From the NCBI RefSeq assembly GCF_030028105.1, contig NC_092402.1, positions 64,839,110-64,903,109 of the forward strand: DNA of 64,000 nt, written 5' to 3'. Below the pieces are notes generated by a model. The model did not search any database. It was not told where the DNA came from and was given only the letters and a program-made list of their open reading frames with translations. Positions within the stretch are counted from its first letter, which is position 1. Every line of letters begins with the position of its first letter. The DNA comes from Mobula birostris. Taxonomy: Eukaryota. A program made the position numbers and the translations under genes. Positions 48,891 through 63,829 of the stretch are shown one piece after another.

Positions 48891-51800
48891 CTGTAAAAGG
48901 GAGAGGAAAGGAAAAAGACACTTTAGAATATGCATCCTGAAATTGAGAAAACAATTGCAATGACATCAAGCAGGTCACAATCTTAACAGAGTAAAACAGC
49001 CCCAAGTGCTTCACGTAACTTTTAGTAAGCAAATGCTTGACTCTAAGATTTTATGTATACAGATATATCAAAGCATTTTGAAATCATAAATTTTAAAGGA
49101 GAGAGAAAAAAGGTGGAAATGAAATTTCGAGAAAGAAATCACTGAAATGTAGGAACTACTTATCCATGAGTGCCATTCCATCAGTCATGGCTCAGGGTGT
49201 GCAGAGTAGTTTACAGAGACAGGGAAGATCTTTGCTATGGAAAGATTTGAAGACTCAGATCTTAAAACTGAGGTATACCAGTTTAGGAGCCAATATAAGT
49301 CAGTGAGCACAAAAGATGATGGGGGGTAGAATAATTTATAAAATGGACGACATACATTCAGTGGCCTCTTTATTAGGCACACCTTGTACACCTGCTGGCT
49401 AATGCAAATATCTAATCAGTCAATTATGTGGCAGCAACTCAGTGCATAAAGGCATGCAGACATGTTCAAGAGGTTCAGTTGTTCAGATCAAACATCAGAT
49501 GGGGGAAGAAATGTAATCGAAGTGACGTTGACCCAATTGATTGTTGCTGTCAGACGGGATAATTTGAGTCTCTCAAGAACTGCTGGTCTCCTGGGATTTT
49601 CGTGCACAACAGTCTCTAGAGTTTACGGAGAATGGTACACAAAACAAGGACAATCAGTGAGTGGAAGTTCTGTGAGTGAAAAAGCCTTGTTAATGAAAGA
49701 AGTCAGAGGAGAAAGGCCAGACTGGTTCAAGCTGACAGGAAGACGACAGTAACTCAAATTACTACGTGTCACAACAGTGGTGTGCAGAAGAGCATCTGAA
49801 AGGCACATAATGGTTAAACCTTGAAGTGGATGTGCTACAGCAACAGAAGACCATGAGCAGGTACCTAATAAGAGTGGCCACTAAGACTACGGTAGCTTTG
49901 ATTGAAAATAAACTTATTGCAAGAATTGTTAAAGACTTCCACGTGTTTCTAAAATGACTTCTACCATGACCTGTAGTTTCTCCTCTACCATAATCAATGG
50001 AGTTTTTGGCTGTAGTTCATCTATTTCCTGCATTTCTGCTCTCCATCCCTCACCTCTCAGACAGAGCAAGGACAGAGATCCTCTAGTCATTATCTTCCAC
50101 CTCACCAGTTCAGCGTTTAACAGCTCATCCTTTACAATTTGCACCAGCTTCCACAATATTCCACAACTGGATACGTCCATACCTTCCCTGCCTTTCATCA
50201 TGTAAACGAGACTGTTCCCTGGGCAACTGTCTTCTATCCCAATGTCACTGCGTGTTTTGTGAAATTACAGGAGATGCTACACCTGTCCGTTCATCTCTTT
50301 CCTTCCCAGTGTCTGGGGATGCAAACAGTCCTTCAAGTTGGAGCAGCAATTCACTTGCACTTCTTTCAATCTAGTGTCTTGCACTCAGTGTTCACAGTGT
50401 GGTTTCCTCCACCAGCTGCAGACGGAGTGACAACATTGCAGAGCACCAGGAGTGACCAAAGCTCCCTTTTGTTGCCTATTTAACTCTCCATCCAGCTCCC
50501 ACTCTGACCTCTGTCTGTGGCTTCAATTTCTAATATTCAATTTATAATATGCTGATATAAGGAGGACCAACATGCGCTTTGCAACTCATTTTCTGTTTGG
50601 GCCATGTTGCTGCCTTCTCCACTTGAAATTGAGTACGGCGACATAAGGGAACTTAATTCCTCTATTTGCACACCGATTTACCTCACTTTAAAAGTAGGCC
50701 TGGCCGACTGGACACGTCAGACAGCCTGACATTTCACACCTTGTCAAGTTCCTCTGTTTGTATTCTCACTCTCTAACTGCCTCGATTAACCCGTCGACTG
50801 GGTGACGCCAACAACTTATCTAAATAGCAATCTTGGCTTCCCCCTATCTGAGATACTCCCTTGGTCCTATTGACCTGTCCCCCACCTTCCTGGCAACTTA
50901 AAACTCTTACTTTCTTTCTTTCTCAGTTGTGATGAGCGACTTTTGACATGAAACATTGACTCTATTTCTCTTCCCTTGGATGCTACCTGGCCTGCTGCGT
51001 ATTTCCAGTGTAATTTTTAAATTTCATATTTGTAGCATCTGCATTTTTTCACAGTATCAGAGGAGCCCGATGCTCGGTTTTGGATGCTATCACTGAGATC
51101 ATGATCATAGGTGAGAAATAGGCCTTTGCAGACTTTGGATTATAGGAAATAAGCTGCCTACCAAATGAGAACAGGGAAGGACTATTCAAAGGTGAAGCAT
51201 TGTTCAAGTTCAAGGTTATTGTCATTCACTCGTGCACATGTATACCGCCAAACCAAACAATATTCCTCCAGACCAAAGTGCACAACATGGTATATACAAC
51301 TCGCTCAGAACACATAAAGTAATATAGCCACAAATAAATTAACAAATAATAAGGGTGCATTGACAACACAAGTTAAAAAGTAAACAGTATAACGCTGCTG
51401 GTGCTTCATGTGTGATGAGACCTGAGAGGAGGCAGGGAATTCATTCGTCTTATGGCCTGGGCTAAGAAGCTGTTTCCTATCATTGGACAATGGTTAAACA
51501 AGCAATGGCATCTTTTGTTGCAAACAGGTAAAGAAAGGACAAAGAGGCATTGCTGACCATGGTCACAATCGTATGGGGTGTCAGGGTGTCATTCAAACCC
51601 CAATTTAGGACGCAACGGGACATTTGAGGACTGAAGGCAACAGAAAGATGTCAAAGAGGGTGTTGATTTATAAGAAGGAAATGTTAAATGTGAGCCTTTT
51701 TTGGGAAGAGTAATTTTAGAGCATGTGAAAGGGAGAAGAGAGCAACAAAGGACAGTGAACCATTGATGATATCAATTCAGGAAAATCATTTGGAAAACAT

Positions 51801-54800
51801 TCATAAGAAATACAATCACAGAAATGAGTACCACTGCTCTGAAAATGTACAACAGAATGATTTGTAAACAGAACAATGAGGTATCAAGACTTGGAGAAGA
51901 ACGAAGAATATTTCCAGAATATTCCATTTTTCATTTTGCGGTTTGTGTTTTGGTCAGTAGTTAAAATTTCAAGCAAGGATTATACGTTCTCTTACCTTGC
52001 TGTGAAACTTGTTGGACGCTGAGGGTTTTGACGCCTTCTACCATCCTGTTGATAAAGGAAACACTTGTGTAACAACAGCCATTTCTAGGATGTTCAGAAA
52101 TATATCTTTTTCAAGTTACCAAGGGTTTCCTTCTGAAAGCAGCAATGAGCTGCATGGGTGAAGTTGACGGGCACATTGACTCTGTCGAGCCTTGCCCGAG
52201 ACACTGATTCTGTAAGTTCGAGTGCTGCCGGTGAGCAGCAGTAGCCTCGTCAGTGTGCGCAGGGAGCTATTTGTCAGCCTGCTTATGTTGTACAGTGCTT
52301 CATCCACTGCAGCATCAGGGGAGAGTTCACCTAGTGGTGACTGAATCACTGACTAGATGTTCATTCGGAGACTGAGTCGGATGTATTTCTGGGGTCAGAT
52401 GAAAACCAGCCTTTAAACAAAAGTAAGTGCCACTCCCTGGACCAAATGCCCCATTAAGGACAAAGACTCTAGTAATGAAGAGTGCAATAAAGAGCCCGTA
52501 CAGATTGTAATCTGCAAGTACGCAGGACTGTGGCATAAACCCAGTGTGATATCTGGAACTTGGAAAAGACCAAAGCCCTACCTGATTTCCTCTTGCGCCA
52601 GTAGTTTACTGTAGGTGTTAATTTCGATATCCAGAGCCAACTTGACATTTATCAGCTCGTCGATTTCACGAGTTTGCTTGGCAATCTCCTGTTTTGCTTT
52701 CCTGATGGCTTCTTGCAGATCAACGATATTTTGTTTACTGTCTTTGAGAGACATCTCGCCACGTTCCTCGGCTTCAGCGATCGCAGCCTCCAGTTTCAAA
52801 CGCTGAGACACACAGAGGTTAGTGTGGACATTTTTGCAGATTATAACATGAAGCCTTGCCAACATCCCCACCCTGCTATCGGAAAGAGCCATACTGAGAG
52901 TAGAGTATTGCAGATTGGCTTAGGAGTAATCGAGTTCACAAGGGTTACAGTGGAAGGAACCAGCCAGGTTGTTACTACTGAAAGTTCCCCAGTGTATGAT
53001 TTAGCTCAGATTGACCTGGTGTTTCAGCTGTCTCTTGATCATTTGCTTTGGGCTGGGAAGAGAAAAGTGCAGATGCAAGAGACGGCAGATGCTGCAATCT
53101 GGAGTAAGAAAATAGCAGAACTACTGCACAAGATCAGCGGGTGATGTAGCATCTGTGAAGGCAAAAAGAATTATTGACCATTTGGGTCGGGTCGCTGCAT
53201 TAGGACTCGGGACTTGAGAGGAAAGACAGTTTGCTACCGTCGTTAGGCCGCAACCAAGATCTCTTGTTTGCTTTCACTTCCTGACTTACCTGCTGCTTTA
53301 GATACTCGATGTCCCCAGTCAGCTTACGGATGCGACTCTGCAGATCATTACACTCCGATTTGATCACTCGCACTTCTTCCGCATGACCTCCAGGCATTGT
53401 GCTGAGTTCCACCATCTGCAAGGAGACACTGGTAGACGTTAGTAAGGGTTTCTCCTCCCAGCACAGAGGTCAGAGCTATCAATGCACTTCTACGTGGGGC
53501 TGGAGCTGGAGCTCACCTTCGCCTTTTTCCAGTTCTCAGCATCATCACGGCTTTTATCTGCCATACTTTGGTATTGGGCCTTGACTTCACTGATGATCTG
53601 GTCTATGTTCAGGTTGCGGCTAGTGTCCACCTGCACGCTGACAGCAGTGTTCTGAATCTGTGACTCCAGCTCACGGATTTCCTAAAGATGGGCAGAGCAA
53701 AACTAATGTAAGGAGACTGAATTGAACAGCAAAAGGACCAGAAGGCTCTTGCACCATGTAGCATATTTACCTCTTGGAAGATTGTCTTCAGGAATTCAAT
53801 TTCATCAGTCAGGCTTTCTAGTTTTGCTTCCAATTCCACCTTGTTCATGTAGGATTCATCAACATCCTGGAGAGAGTAGGGCACAAGGTTTGTAAATCTA
53901 TTGAAGACCACTGATATGGTCCTACAGAGAGCTAGAAAGTAGTGCTCACCTTCTTCACCATGACAAACTCGTTTTCCATTTCAGTTCTCCTGTTAATTTC
54001 ATCTTCGTATCTGAAATGAACCACTGACGTTACTGGCAAACCCTTGGAAATCAACATTTCTGTCCCATTTCTTCGACAGGGCCATGCTGGTTGTCGGAAC
54101 TCCTTGCTCCCTGGTGCTTAGCCAGGATTTCCTCACACTTCTATTTATCCCCGTGTGTGCACCGCTCTTCCTGACATTTGATTCCGCAAGACACAGCATC
54201 CCGCTACGCCAGACAGGTCGACCGTGCCGCGCCTCGACGGAATGAAACAACATACGCTGCCGTCCCTGAACTGACGACTATTTCGGTGACTCCCTGAGCT
54301 CTGAGTGACACCTCTCTATCCAGACCTCAGTCTTAACGGAGCTCTCCCCGACGAGCACTTGCCCGACCCAGCTTCCAGACCTCCACTAGCTGCTGTTAGG
54401 TTACCAAGAAACCCAGTGGAAAATAGCTGATTGTAACCGGGAATTGTTCGAACGTTTACCCCGCCCACGATTTGCCCGATTCCGCTCTTTTTTTTCTCTG
54501 AACCAGTGAACAGATACGGGACGAGTTACAGATACAGACGAGTTGGGAAATCCTGGTGAGAGACAGTACACTTACTTGCCCTTAAAGTCCTCAACTAGAC
54601 CTTGCATCTGCACAAGGTCCGATTCGAACTTCAGCTTCTCCTGCCCAAGAGTTTCCAGTTGCCTCTTGAGGTTGTCAATGTAAGTTTGGAACATGTTATC
54701 GATGTTGGAGGTGTACGTCCCCTGCCTCTTCAGGAGCTCCAGTTTGACCTTCAGCTGAGCATTTTGCTGTTCGAGAAGGCGAACCTGCGGGTAAGGAATG

Positions 54801-55294
54801 AACACACGCTTAGATTTTTGCATTGAGCTGGCGAGGAAGTGAAAAGAGACATTTGCACAGTGCTGCCAAGACAGGCGCAGACAGAGCTGGATACGGTACG
54901 GTACCTGGTTTATGAAACTTGCGAACTGGTTGTTGAGCGTAGTGAGCTCCCTCGTTTCCTGCATACGAACTTGCTGCAGACTGGTGTCATTTTGTGGTAG
55001 CGGGGCGCTTAGATCAAGGGCCGGCATCATCGAACTGGAACTGAAATTTGAACTTGAACCGTAACCTGAAGCGTAACTTGAACCGCTTGAACCAAGCCTG
55101 AACGATGAGCCAGAAAGTATACGTCTTGCCCCTCCGATACTTGGTCCAATTCCGGCTCCAGACACACTCATCGCCTTTCTGCTACTAATTCTTCGCGACG
55201 ACCCCATGGCGCCGCCAAGACTAGACCGCATCGATGGGCTGCCTGAAAACTGCGTGGTCTGTCTAAAGGACCTTTTGGTGTAAGAGCCGCTCAT
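48736..55294 (-). CDS. Type II keratin (K8-like), gene B; exons 1-8 as gene A, different exon 9; 490 aa
   Basis: Exons 54905-55294, 54576-54784, 53950-54010, 53771-53866, 53517-53681, 53290-53415, 52582-52802, 51996-52045, 48736-48890; 1473-nt open frame. Confidence 0.9.
49353..49885 (+). mobile_element. Non-autonomous Tc1-like element in gene B intron 8
   Basis: TACATTCAGTGGCC left TIR; transposase remnant homologous to 6530-6787. Confidence 0.78.
50020..51050 (+). mobile_element. Highly degenerate Penelope-like element in gene B intron 8
   Basis: [12 protein letters not shown] resembles RAPLVLTYHPTS; decayed hammerhead tail near 50925-50965. Confidence 0.55.
51996..52045 (-). CDS. Gene B exon 8
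   Basis: Same as gene A exon 8. Confidence 0.87.
52582..52802 (-). CDS. Gene B exon 7
   Basis: Same as gene A exon 7. Confidence 0.92.
53290..53415 (-). CDS. Gene B exon 6
   Basis: Same as gene A exon 6. Confidence 0.92.
53517..53681 (-). CDS. Gene B exon 5
   Basis: Same as gene A exon 5. Confidence 0.92.
53771..53866 (-). CDS. Gene B exon 4
   Basis: Same as gene A exon 4. Confidence 0.92.
53950..54010 (-). CDS. Gene B exon 3
   Basis: Same as gene A exon 3. Confidence 0.92.
54576..54784 (-). CDS. Gene B exon 2
   Basis: Same as gene A exon 2. Confidence 0.92.
54905..55294 (-). CDS. Gene B exon 1
   Basis: Same as gene A exon 1, offset 15417. Confidence 0.92.
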
Positions 55295-58200
55295 GGTGAA
55301 ATTAGAGTTTTGTTCTCTGGTTCCGAGTTTGCTGGAGCGATCAGTCCCGATCTGAACTGCTGGCGCAGGTGAGAGCGGCTTTGAGCTGCTTTTATGAGCA
55401 GTGCGGATCTGGGCTTGGTCGGGGTGTCAGCTGACAGAAATGGGCATGGTAACATCGAGATAGAGGAGGAGCTAGGCACACCCTCTCCCATGGGTTCCAA
55501 CCTGTCCGCTTGTGCATGGTAACCGCTCTCGGGGCCTCGGGCCAAACTGGCGTCAGCAAGAATGAGTGAGTCCGGGAAACAAGAAGAGCTCCCTCCTGGA
55601 GCTCAAGCTACGCCGATCAAGAGCGGAGAAACGACCATTAGGTGTCAGTTTGACTGCCCAACCCACCTGACCCACGGTGGTTGAGATACATTGTACAGAT
55701 AGGTGGTAGATTCAGAGTATCTCCATCACTGCAAGGCATGCTGGGACATTTTGAAAGCAGCTCCCGGTTCCCGGTCATTTTACTTGCCCTCCGAATTCCC
55801 ATACCGACCTGGCTGCCCTGGACGTCCTGGATTGCAAGGATCATGCTAGAGGAACAGCACCTCATATTCCCTTTGCCCCTCCACCTATCTTTGCATTGTC
55901 TGTAAAATTTGCAATAAAGTCATCAATTCCTTCAACAAATGATTGACTTATAATATAAAAAGAATTGGTCCCAACATAGACCCCTGTAAAACACCACTGG
56001 TCACTGGCATCCAACAAGAACGGGCTCCCTTTATTCCCACTCTTTGCCTCCTGCCAATCAGCCACAGCTTTACCCATGCTAGAATCTTCCCTGTAATACC
56101 ATGTACACGTAGCTTGTTAAGCAGCCTCATGTGTGGCACCTTGTCAAAGCCCTTCTGGAATTCCAAGTGTACAAGATTAACCAATTCTCCATTATCTATC
56201 CTGTTTGTTATTACTTCAAAGAATTCCAACAGATTTGTCAGGCAAGATTTTCCCTTGAGCAAACCATGCTGAGTACAGCCTATTTTATCTTATGCCTCCA
56301 AGTATCCTGACAGCTCATCCTTAATAATCGACTCCAACACCTTCCCAGCCAATGAGGTCAGACTAACTGGCCTATATTTTCCTTTCTTCTACCTCTCTCC
56401 CTCCTTGGAGAGTGGAGTGACATTTACAATTTCCCAGTCTTCTGAAACCATTCCAGAATCTAGTGATTCTTGAAAGATAACTACTAATGCTTCCACGATC
56501 TCTTCAGCCATCTCTTTCAGAACTCTGGTGTGTACACCATCTGGTCCAGGTGACTTATCTACCTTCAGACCTTTCAGCTTCCTGAGAACCTTCTCTCTAG
56601 TTATGGTAACTTCACACATTTCATGCTCCCTGACACCTGGAACTTCCGCCATACTGCCCTCCCCACCTCCCTTATTCGGTTCCATCTTTCACCTTCATCT
56701 CCTATCAGATCCCACCATCTGCAACCCTCTGTCACGTCCACATGTCTCCTCCCAGTCTCTGTCACTATAGGGTCACAATTCTACAGTATCATGGCTGCCT
56801 GGTCTTGGCCTCAGCTCCACTTTCTCATCCCCTTCCCATCCCATATGTTTGACCGAGTCAGTGGATGCTGGAGCTGGTCTGCACTTCACATTCATCTCTT
56901 GCGCAGTGTCTACGTACCACGCAGCTCACTAGTCCTGGCAGTCTCCCTTTTGTAGCTGTTACGTGAGATGGAGCAGGCCACAGGATGTAGACAGTGGAAA
57001 CAAAGGCCCTGCCAGAGAACCACCCTGATGGCTTTTTGGCTACTGATGTTTTCAAGGGCCCTTAAAACTTTCAGATATTGGTGGTAGTTAGGCATCTGAG
57101 TAATTCAAAAGAATAGATGCTGTTGTGAAAATATATTTATTTCCTGTAGGATGTTCACTTTCTGTAAATGAATGAAAAAATAATACAAATATTCACTAAA
57201 GTAAGCAAACTTGTCATTTTAATGAAGGGAAGCAGCACAGATAAAATGACTGCGGTCCTGCTAGGTGAAACCTCTATGCTAGTGTAAGCTGAAAGGCCAG
57301 AGTAGCTTTGGAGTAAGGACTGGTGCATGTAGCCTTAGCTGGGGCCTGTGAGTGTGCCCTTGACTACACCTTTGCTTGTGGAAAGTGGGAGGAATCAAAA
57401 GAGAAGTTACTAAGGGTAAGGACATGCTCTGCCAGGCAGAGGAACAGTGTTGACAGAGGACTGCACACACAAAATGCTGGAGAAACTCAGCAGGCAGCAT
57501 CTGCGGAAAGGAGTAAACAGTTGATATTTCAGGCTGAAACCCTTCTTCAAGATTTCCAGCATCTGCAGATTTTCTCACGTTGACAGAGAGTAACTGGTTG
57601 CATCATTATTCCGGAGAGATGCTGAGGGCCCAAAGACCATTATGCGGTAATTCTCTTAGATGTATAGAATTTTCAGCAACCATTATTTTCTGCTGCCTCA
57701 AAAGGATTATCTTGTTAACTGATGAAATACCATCATATATTTACTGTACTTGATGGTTTCGTGGCACAGGGGTCGGAAAGAATGTGAGAAACCTCCTGGA
57801 CTTCATGTCCTCATTCAGGTCGGTCTGAAACCTGGGTTTGAGAGGAACCCACTCGTTGGTGCAAGAACTCAGCTGCGTGTGATGAAAATTGCTAACTACA
57901 GAAAAAAAATTGTTTCTCCTGACGGGTGCAACACTACAAATGCTTCATTTGCTGTAAATTTATGCTGAAATACTCCTCAATACGACTGATCAATGTTAAT
58001 GCTTAATCGCAACAATTTATATGTGTCAGAATATAGGTAGTGATTGTCTAATGAAAGGGACTTGACCCTGAAAAGCATTTTTTCAAGCAAAATTTCATAA
58101 ATGGAGATGGCTGTGTGAATTCCATTAACTTGAACCTGAACTTCAAATGGTACAATTTGTTATTATGCACCATGATTGACACATCAAGGAGATATAAAGA

Positions 58201-59487
58201 TTTCTAAATAGAAAGCACATACCCTAGAAGGTCAATAAATTTTTTTTTAAAGTTGTTAACCAACATTTATATATTGTTTGTATAAATATATTTGAAACTG
58301 TAAAAAACATTGCAACCCATGTTTACAAAGTATCTCGGGTTCCAAAGAAATGTTTGGAGTTTTCTACCAGGCCAGAGGTCTTCCAGGTTAGTGCATTATT
58401 CATGATACCGCACAAAGATGTTCACAATTCTTGCCTATTATATGCTATTGTCTTTGTCTCTCTGTGTCCATCAGAATTGTTGCCTTTTATTACCCTCTTG
58501 CTACAATTTGGAAAAGCTATGCCAATTGGCTAATGTAGCATATATCTTCCCTCACAAGCTTTCCCTGTGCTTTAATTCCCAATTTGGCGAAGCAGTTGAC
58601 TGAGGTCACAAGTTGAACATGCTTCATATTTGCCTCTATATGTGTTGCAAAACTGTCTAATATGCCTCCAATGACATTTCTGCTTAGATTTGATCAAGGG
58701 CAGCTGATGTCCAATGGGTCTAACAACAGATCTTGGAGAATTCAGAAAGTGTGATTTTCTTTTTGTGCGATCAGAATGCCACTTTCTTTGTGGGAAGTAA
58801 AGACAGTGTCTGGGTGTCTGTGTTTTCTCCAACCACGCTGAGCTGCTTGGCATCAAATTCTCTTCAGATGCACAATGCGGCAGGTCCTCTCCAATTTGGT
58901 CTCATTTGGAAGCTAATAATAGTCATAGGCATAGTCATACTTTATTGATCGCGGGGGAAATTGGTTTTTGTTACAGTTGGACCATAAATAATAAGTAGTA
59001 ATAGAACCATAAATATTTAAATAGTAATATGTAAATTATGCCAGTAAATTATGAAATAAGTCCAGGACCAGCCTATTGGCTCAGTAGCTTCCACTATGAG
59101 CTGATGGTAGTACACGTGCAAGTAATTGGTTTGATATTGTCACATGTACTGAGAAGATGTAGAGAAATGCTTTTGCTTTGCACGCCATCCAGACAGGGTA
59201 TCCAAACGTAATAACTTCGAGGTAGTACTAAAGGAATACAGAATTGTTGAGACGAACAGCTGAACCCAAATGCAGGACACTGATACAGAGAGACAGAGTT
59301 GACACCGGCAAACAACAGCGCGGAAAGAGAATCTAGAATACACAATTGTAAGCGGCCTAGGACGTGAACTAGCACACTGGCTGAAGCAACGATCTGGCGA
59401 TGAGTGGATGGAAAGCCGGGGTACTTACGCTGCAGGTTAGATGAGATTCAGGTACACCGCAATCAGGAAGCCCGGGAGAACAAAAGG

Positions 59488-59566
<79 letters not shown>

Positions 59567-62500
59567 GGAGCTGGAGAAACACGCGGGGAAAGGGAATTAG
59601 GAGAACATCAGGAATAAATAGAAGGGACGGCCGGGACCGTGACAAGAATTTAACAGAGCAAGTGCAATACAAGTTGACAAATCAGGTTCAAGGTTGACAA
59701 TACATTTTCACCTAGCAAACACATGGAATTTGTACACATTTATTGTATGTATTTTGCCAATCTCGATAATGAAAGTATTGTTGTTGACATTTAGATAGCA
59801 GTGGCACTTTATTTTCTATGCCTAATTCAGAAGATGAAACCATGCTTAGGATGTTGTTGGGAAATAAGTAGTGTGTAGTTGGAGATTTTGGTACAAGGCT
59901 TTAGAATCACTATCCTGGTTTTCTCAAGGCATCAGCTTTATTTGTGCTCAGGATTATGCACGTTACTTCATGATCTGCAGTATTGCATCTCTTGCTGTCA
60001 AGTTGCATAATCCATGGTGAGATTCCAACAGATGATCTGCTTGCCCTCAAAAAGCCACTTACACTGCCATTAGTGAATTATCGGCAGAGAAGATCACAGA
60101 GAAGCTGATGGTGGGGCACGATCAGCTGCATATATAGCTTTAACCATGCTCAAGATGGCAACTACTAACTTGCCAAGCTCACCTACTTCTGGCTTAGCCA
60201 TCGATCCTCAGCAAATTGCTGAGAACAGAACCTTACATTAATGACAGCAGGGATATTGACTCCCTCCTTCACGCCCAAGGACAAAGCTGGGAACTGGGCC
60301 ATGTATGCAGCTGGATGTGGGCAGGAAACATCGATATGAACATGGTCCTGGAACGTGCAGTCAGAAAATGGCCGGGAGGTAAATGGGTGAATGGAGTATG
60401 ATTAAGTACCTGGCCAGAATCAAGTTTATAATTATGGCTGAGGTATGACTAGGAGAGGCACCAATTGTGCAACCTGGAGCAGAGTTAGATGTGCAATAGC
60501 TACTCCAGTTAAAAGCAATCGTATGCAACTTCCACTCTGTGTACTTTACTAAATTTAGGGCACTGGAACCTTTGATAATGCTGCAGTCACATCCCAATAA
60601 TGTGTTTGATCTTTCAATGACTTCAAGAAGTGGGATGGAGAACACACCCATGTCTATCAATGGTGCTGTAGTGGAGATGGTTGGGAGTTTCAAATGACCA
60701 GGTGTACTTATCACCGACAATTTGTCTTGGCTCAGCTACATGGATGATACAGCCAAGGAAGCACATTAGTGCCTCTACTTCCTCAGAATTCTAAGGAACT
60801 TCAGCATGTCCCTGATGACCCTCACCAATTTTCACAGATTCTGTATGTAAGCCCCCCTGGCAAGCCTTAGGGTCGCTCAACTTGCTGTCGTCTCGGGAAA
60901 CAGCCCTCGGCCCCACCAAACTGGGTAATTAAGTTTGCGTGGATGCTGTGTGATGTAACCCACCCTGCCAAATAACAGACAATACACCATATATGATAAA
61001 ATGAATGACAGTTTATAGAGATTACTGGAACTATATAATGAATAGACATAAAATATAAAAGGAAAATGAAAGGCACCACACTTATCAAAGTTCAATCTCT
61101 TCGTGCACAAACAGTTGGAGCTCTAGTAACGATCCTCTCTTCACCATTCGTTCCCCTCTGACCACTTCGACGTGCCGCCTGGGACCAACCACGGTGGTCG
61201 ACCAGGCGCTCCACACGAGTCTGTCGCCGTCTCCTCTCCTCACCGAAGACCCCGGACCTTGGACTCCTGCTCGGGTCCGACCCCGTTAGCCAGCTCACAG
61301 CACATTGTCCATCCTCTCTCTGTCCATGGCGCCTTCTCCCCAAAAACCCACGCATCATAATAACTTACAGACACACTAGAAAGAATAACATGGATGCCCA
61401 TTGGTTCATTTGTTCTCTTATCAACATGATAACCCAAACAAGCTGTGAGCGAGAGAACTTTCTCAGCAGTTAACATAACAAAGAAGCCATTTTAATTATA
61501 ACACAACAAAGAAGCCATTTTAATTAGCCTACGCAGTAACATAAAAGAAGAAACCCCTTACATATAAAACATACTATCTGGATGCTCTGAGTTAGCAAGA
61601 ATCTATGAACCCCCACCTTAAATACACCTGATGACGTGGCCTCCACAGCCAATTATGGCAACAAATTCCACAGATTCACCACCCCCTGGCTATAGAAATC
61701 TCTCCTAATCTTCATTCTAAATGGACGTCCCTCTATTCTGAGTGTATACCCTCTGCTCTGAGACTCACGCACTATGGGAGGCTACTTTTGAGATCGTTTT
61801 TGATATTGTTGGCTAGCTTACCTTTGTAGCTCATTTTTTAGCTCCTTATGGCTATTTTAGTTGTCTTCTGTTGATTTCTGAAAGCTTCCCACTCCTCAAG
61901 TTTCCCACTAATTTTCCTTCTATTATATGCCCTGTGTTTTGCTCTTATGTCGGCCTTGACTTCTCTTGTCAGCCACTTGCCTTGAGAATATTTCTTCTTT
62001 GGGATGTATCTGTCCTGTATCTTCCAAATTGCTCCCAGAGGCTCTAACCATTGTTGCTCTGCCGTCATCCCTGCTAATGTTTCCTTCCGATCAGCTTTGG
62101 CCAGCACCCCTCTCATGCCTCTGTAATTCCCTTTACTCCACTGTAATACTGATACATCTGACTTTAGCTTCTCCCTCTCAAATTGCAGGGTGAATTCTAT
62201 CATATTATGATCACTGTCTCATAAGGGTTCCTTTACTTTAAGCTTCCTCATCAAATCTGGTTCATTACACAACACCCATTCCAGAATAGCCTTTCCCCAG
62301 TGGGCTCAACCACCACCTTCTTTAAAAGGGCCATCTTGTCCGCAATCTACAAATCCTCTCTTGCAATCCAGCATCAACTTGATTTTCCCAATCTATCTGC
62401 ATATTGAAATCTGACTATTGTCACATTGCCCTTTGAGATGCCTTGTTTATCTCCCGTTGTAATTTGTTTTCTTAGTGATTTCCAATTTTCAATTCATCCT

Positions 62501-63829
62501 ATCTTCCTGCAAATTGTCTACATCCATTCATTCCCTGCCTGTTCACGTGGCTGCATAAGTGGTTCTAAAATGTTCATATCCTATCTACTTCCAACAACCA
62601 GTGTTTCAGCACATTCTAGGCATCCACCACTCTCTGTATAAAGAACTTGACTTGTACATTTTCTTTAAACTTTCCTACTTTCACCTTAAATCTACGTATG
62701 TCCTCCAATATTTGACATTTCCACCTGGGGAAAAACTCTGATTAGTTACCCGATCTTTACCTCTCATAATTTTATATACTCTTTATCATGTCGCCCGTCA
62801 GCCACCAACACATCGAATACACTCCAATCCATACAGCATCCTGGCGAATCTCTTATACATTCTCGGTCCAAAGTCCTTCCATTCTTCCTGCAGTGCAGAA
62901 ACCAGAATGGGACAAAATACTCCAAATGTGGCCTAGCCAAAGTTTTGTGTAGCTACAACATGATTTGCCAACTTTAACTCAATACCCTGACCAATGAAGG
63001 CAAGCATAACCTACACCTATTTTACTACCCTAATCTCTTGTACTATCACTTTCTATGGATATGCTTTGTAGTTCTTCTTGTAAACTGGAGATTGGAAATT
63101 GCAGGCCTATACTAACTTGAAACAGGTGAGAGACTGTTTCATCCAGGACGCTCACTGCCCATAGATGAAGGTTACTTTCCTCATTCAATTTGGACTGTTT
63201 CCCATGGGATTGTTCTGATTCTTTGTGTCTCTCACTATACCTTTCAACTGGGCAGCATTTACGATGCTCAGAACCCTTGAGAGAAAGGAGAATATTCACA
63301 CGATTAAAATTTTTTTTCATCAGATTCCAATGGCACTGTAGTGCAGTTGTTAGCACAATGCTTTACAGTGTAGACAACTGAGGTTCAATTCCCGCCACTG
63401 CCTGTAAGGAGTTTGTATGTTCTCACTGTGACCGCGTGGGTTTCCTCCGGGTGCTCCAGTTTCCTTCCACAGTCCAAAGACATACAGGTCGGTAGGTTAA
63501 TTGGTCATTGTAAATTGTCCCCTGATTAGGCTAGCGTTAAAAATTGGGCAATATGGCTCGAAGGGCCTGTTCCGCGCTGTATCTCAATAAGTCGATAAAT
63601 ATGTTCTCTAAGACAATGTAAAAGTAATTTCTTTGGTGAAGGAGGAGCTAGCTGGCTGCTATGCTTGGACTTGTGTGATAGCTTTAAACATATTTTATGT
63701 TTCTTTCAGTAACCTTCCTCTAACTTACAAATTATTTCAAAGTTCTTGAATTTCTGACAAAGGTATGATGGTTTCTCTTTTCAGTACTTGAATAATGTGC
63801 TTAAGCAAAGAAAGAGTCCAGATTGGCAG

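Larger units (their letters stand above)
36507..51923. repeat. Tandem segmental duplication, unit 1 (15,417 bp)
   Basis: Identity begins at CCATTTTTCATTTTGCGG (36507 and 51924); the ORF track repeats at offset 15417 (15455 after the CA microsatellite). Confidence 0.95.
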
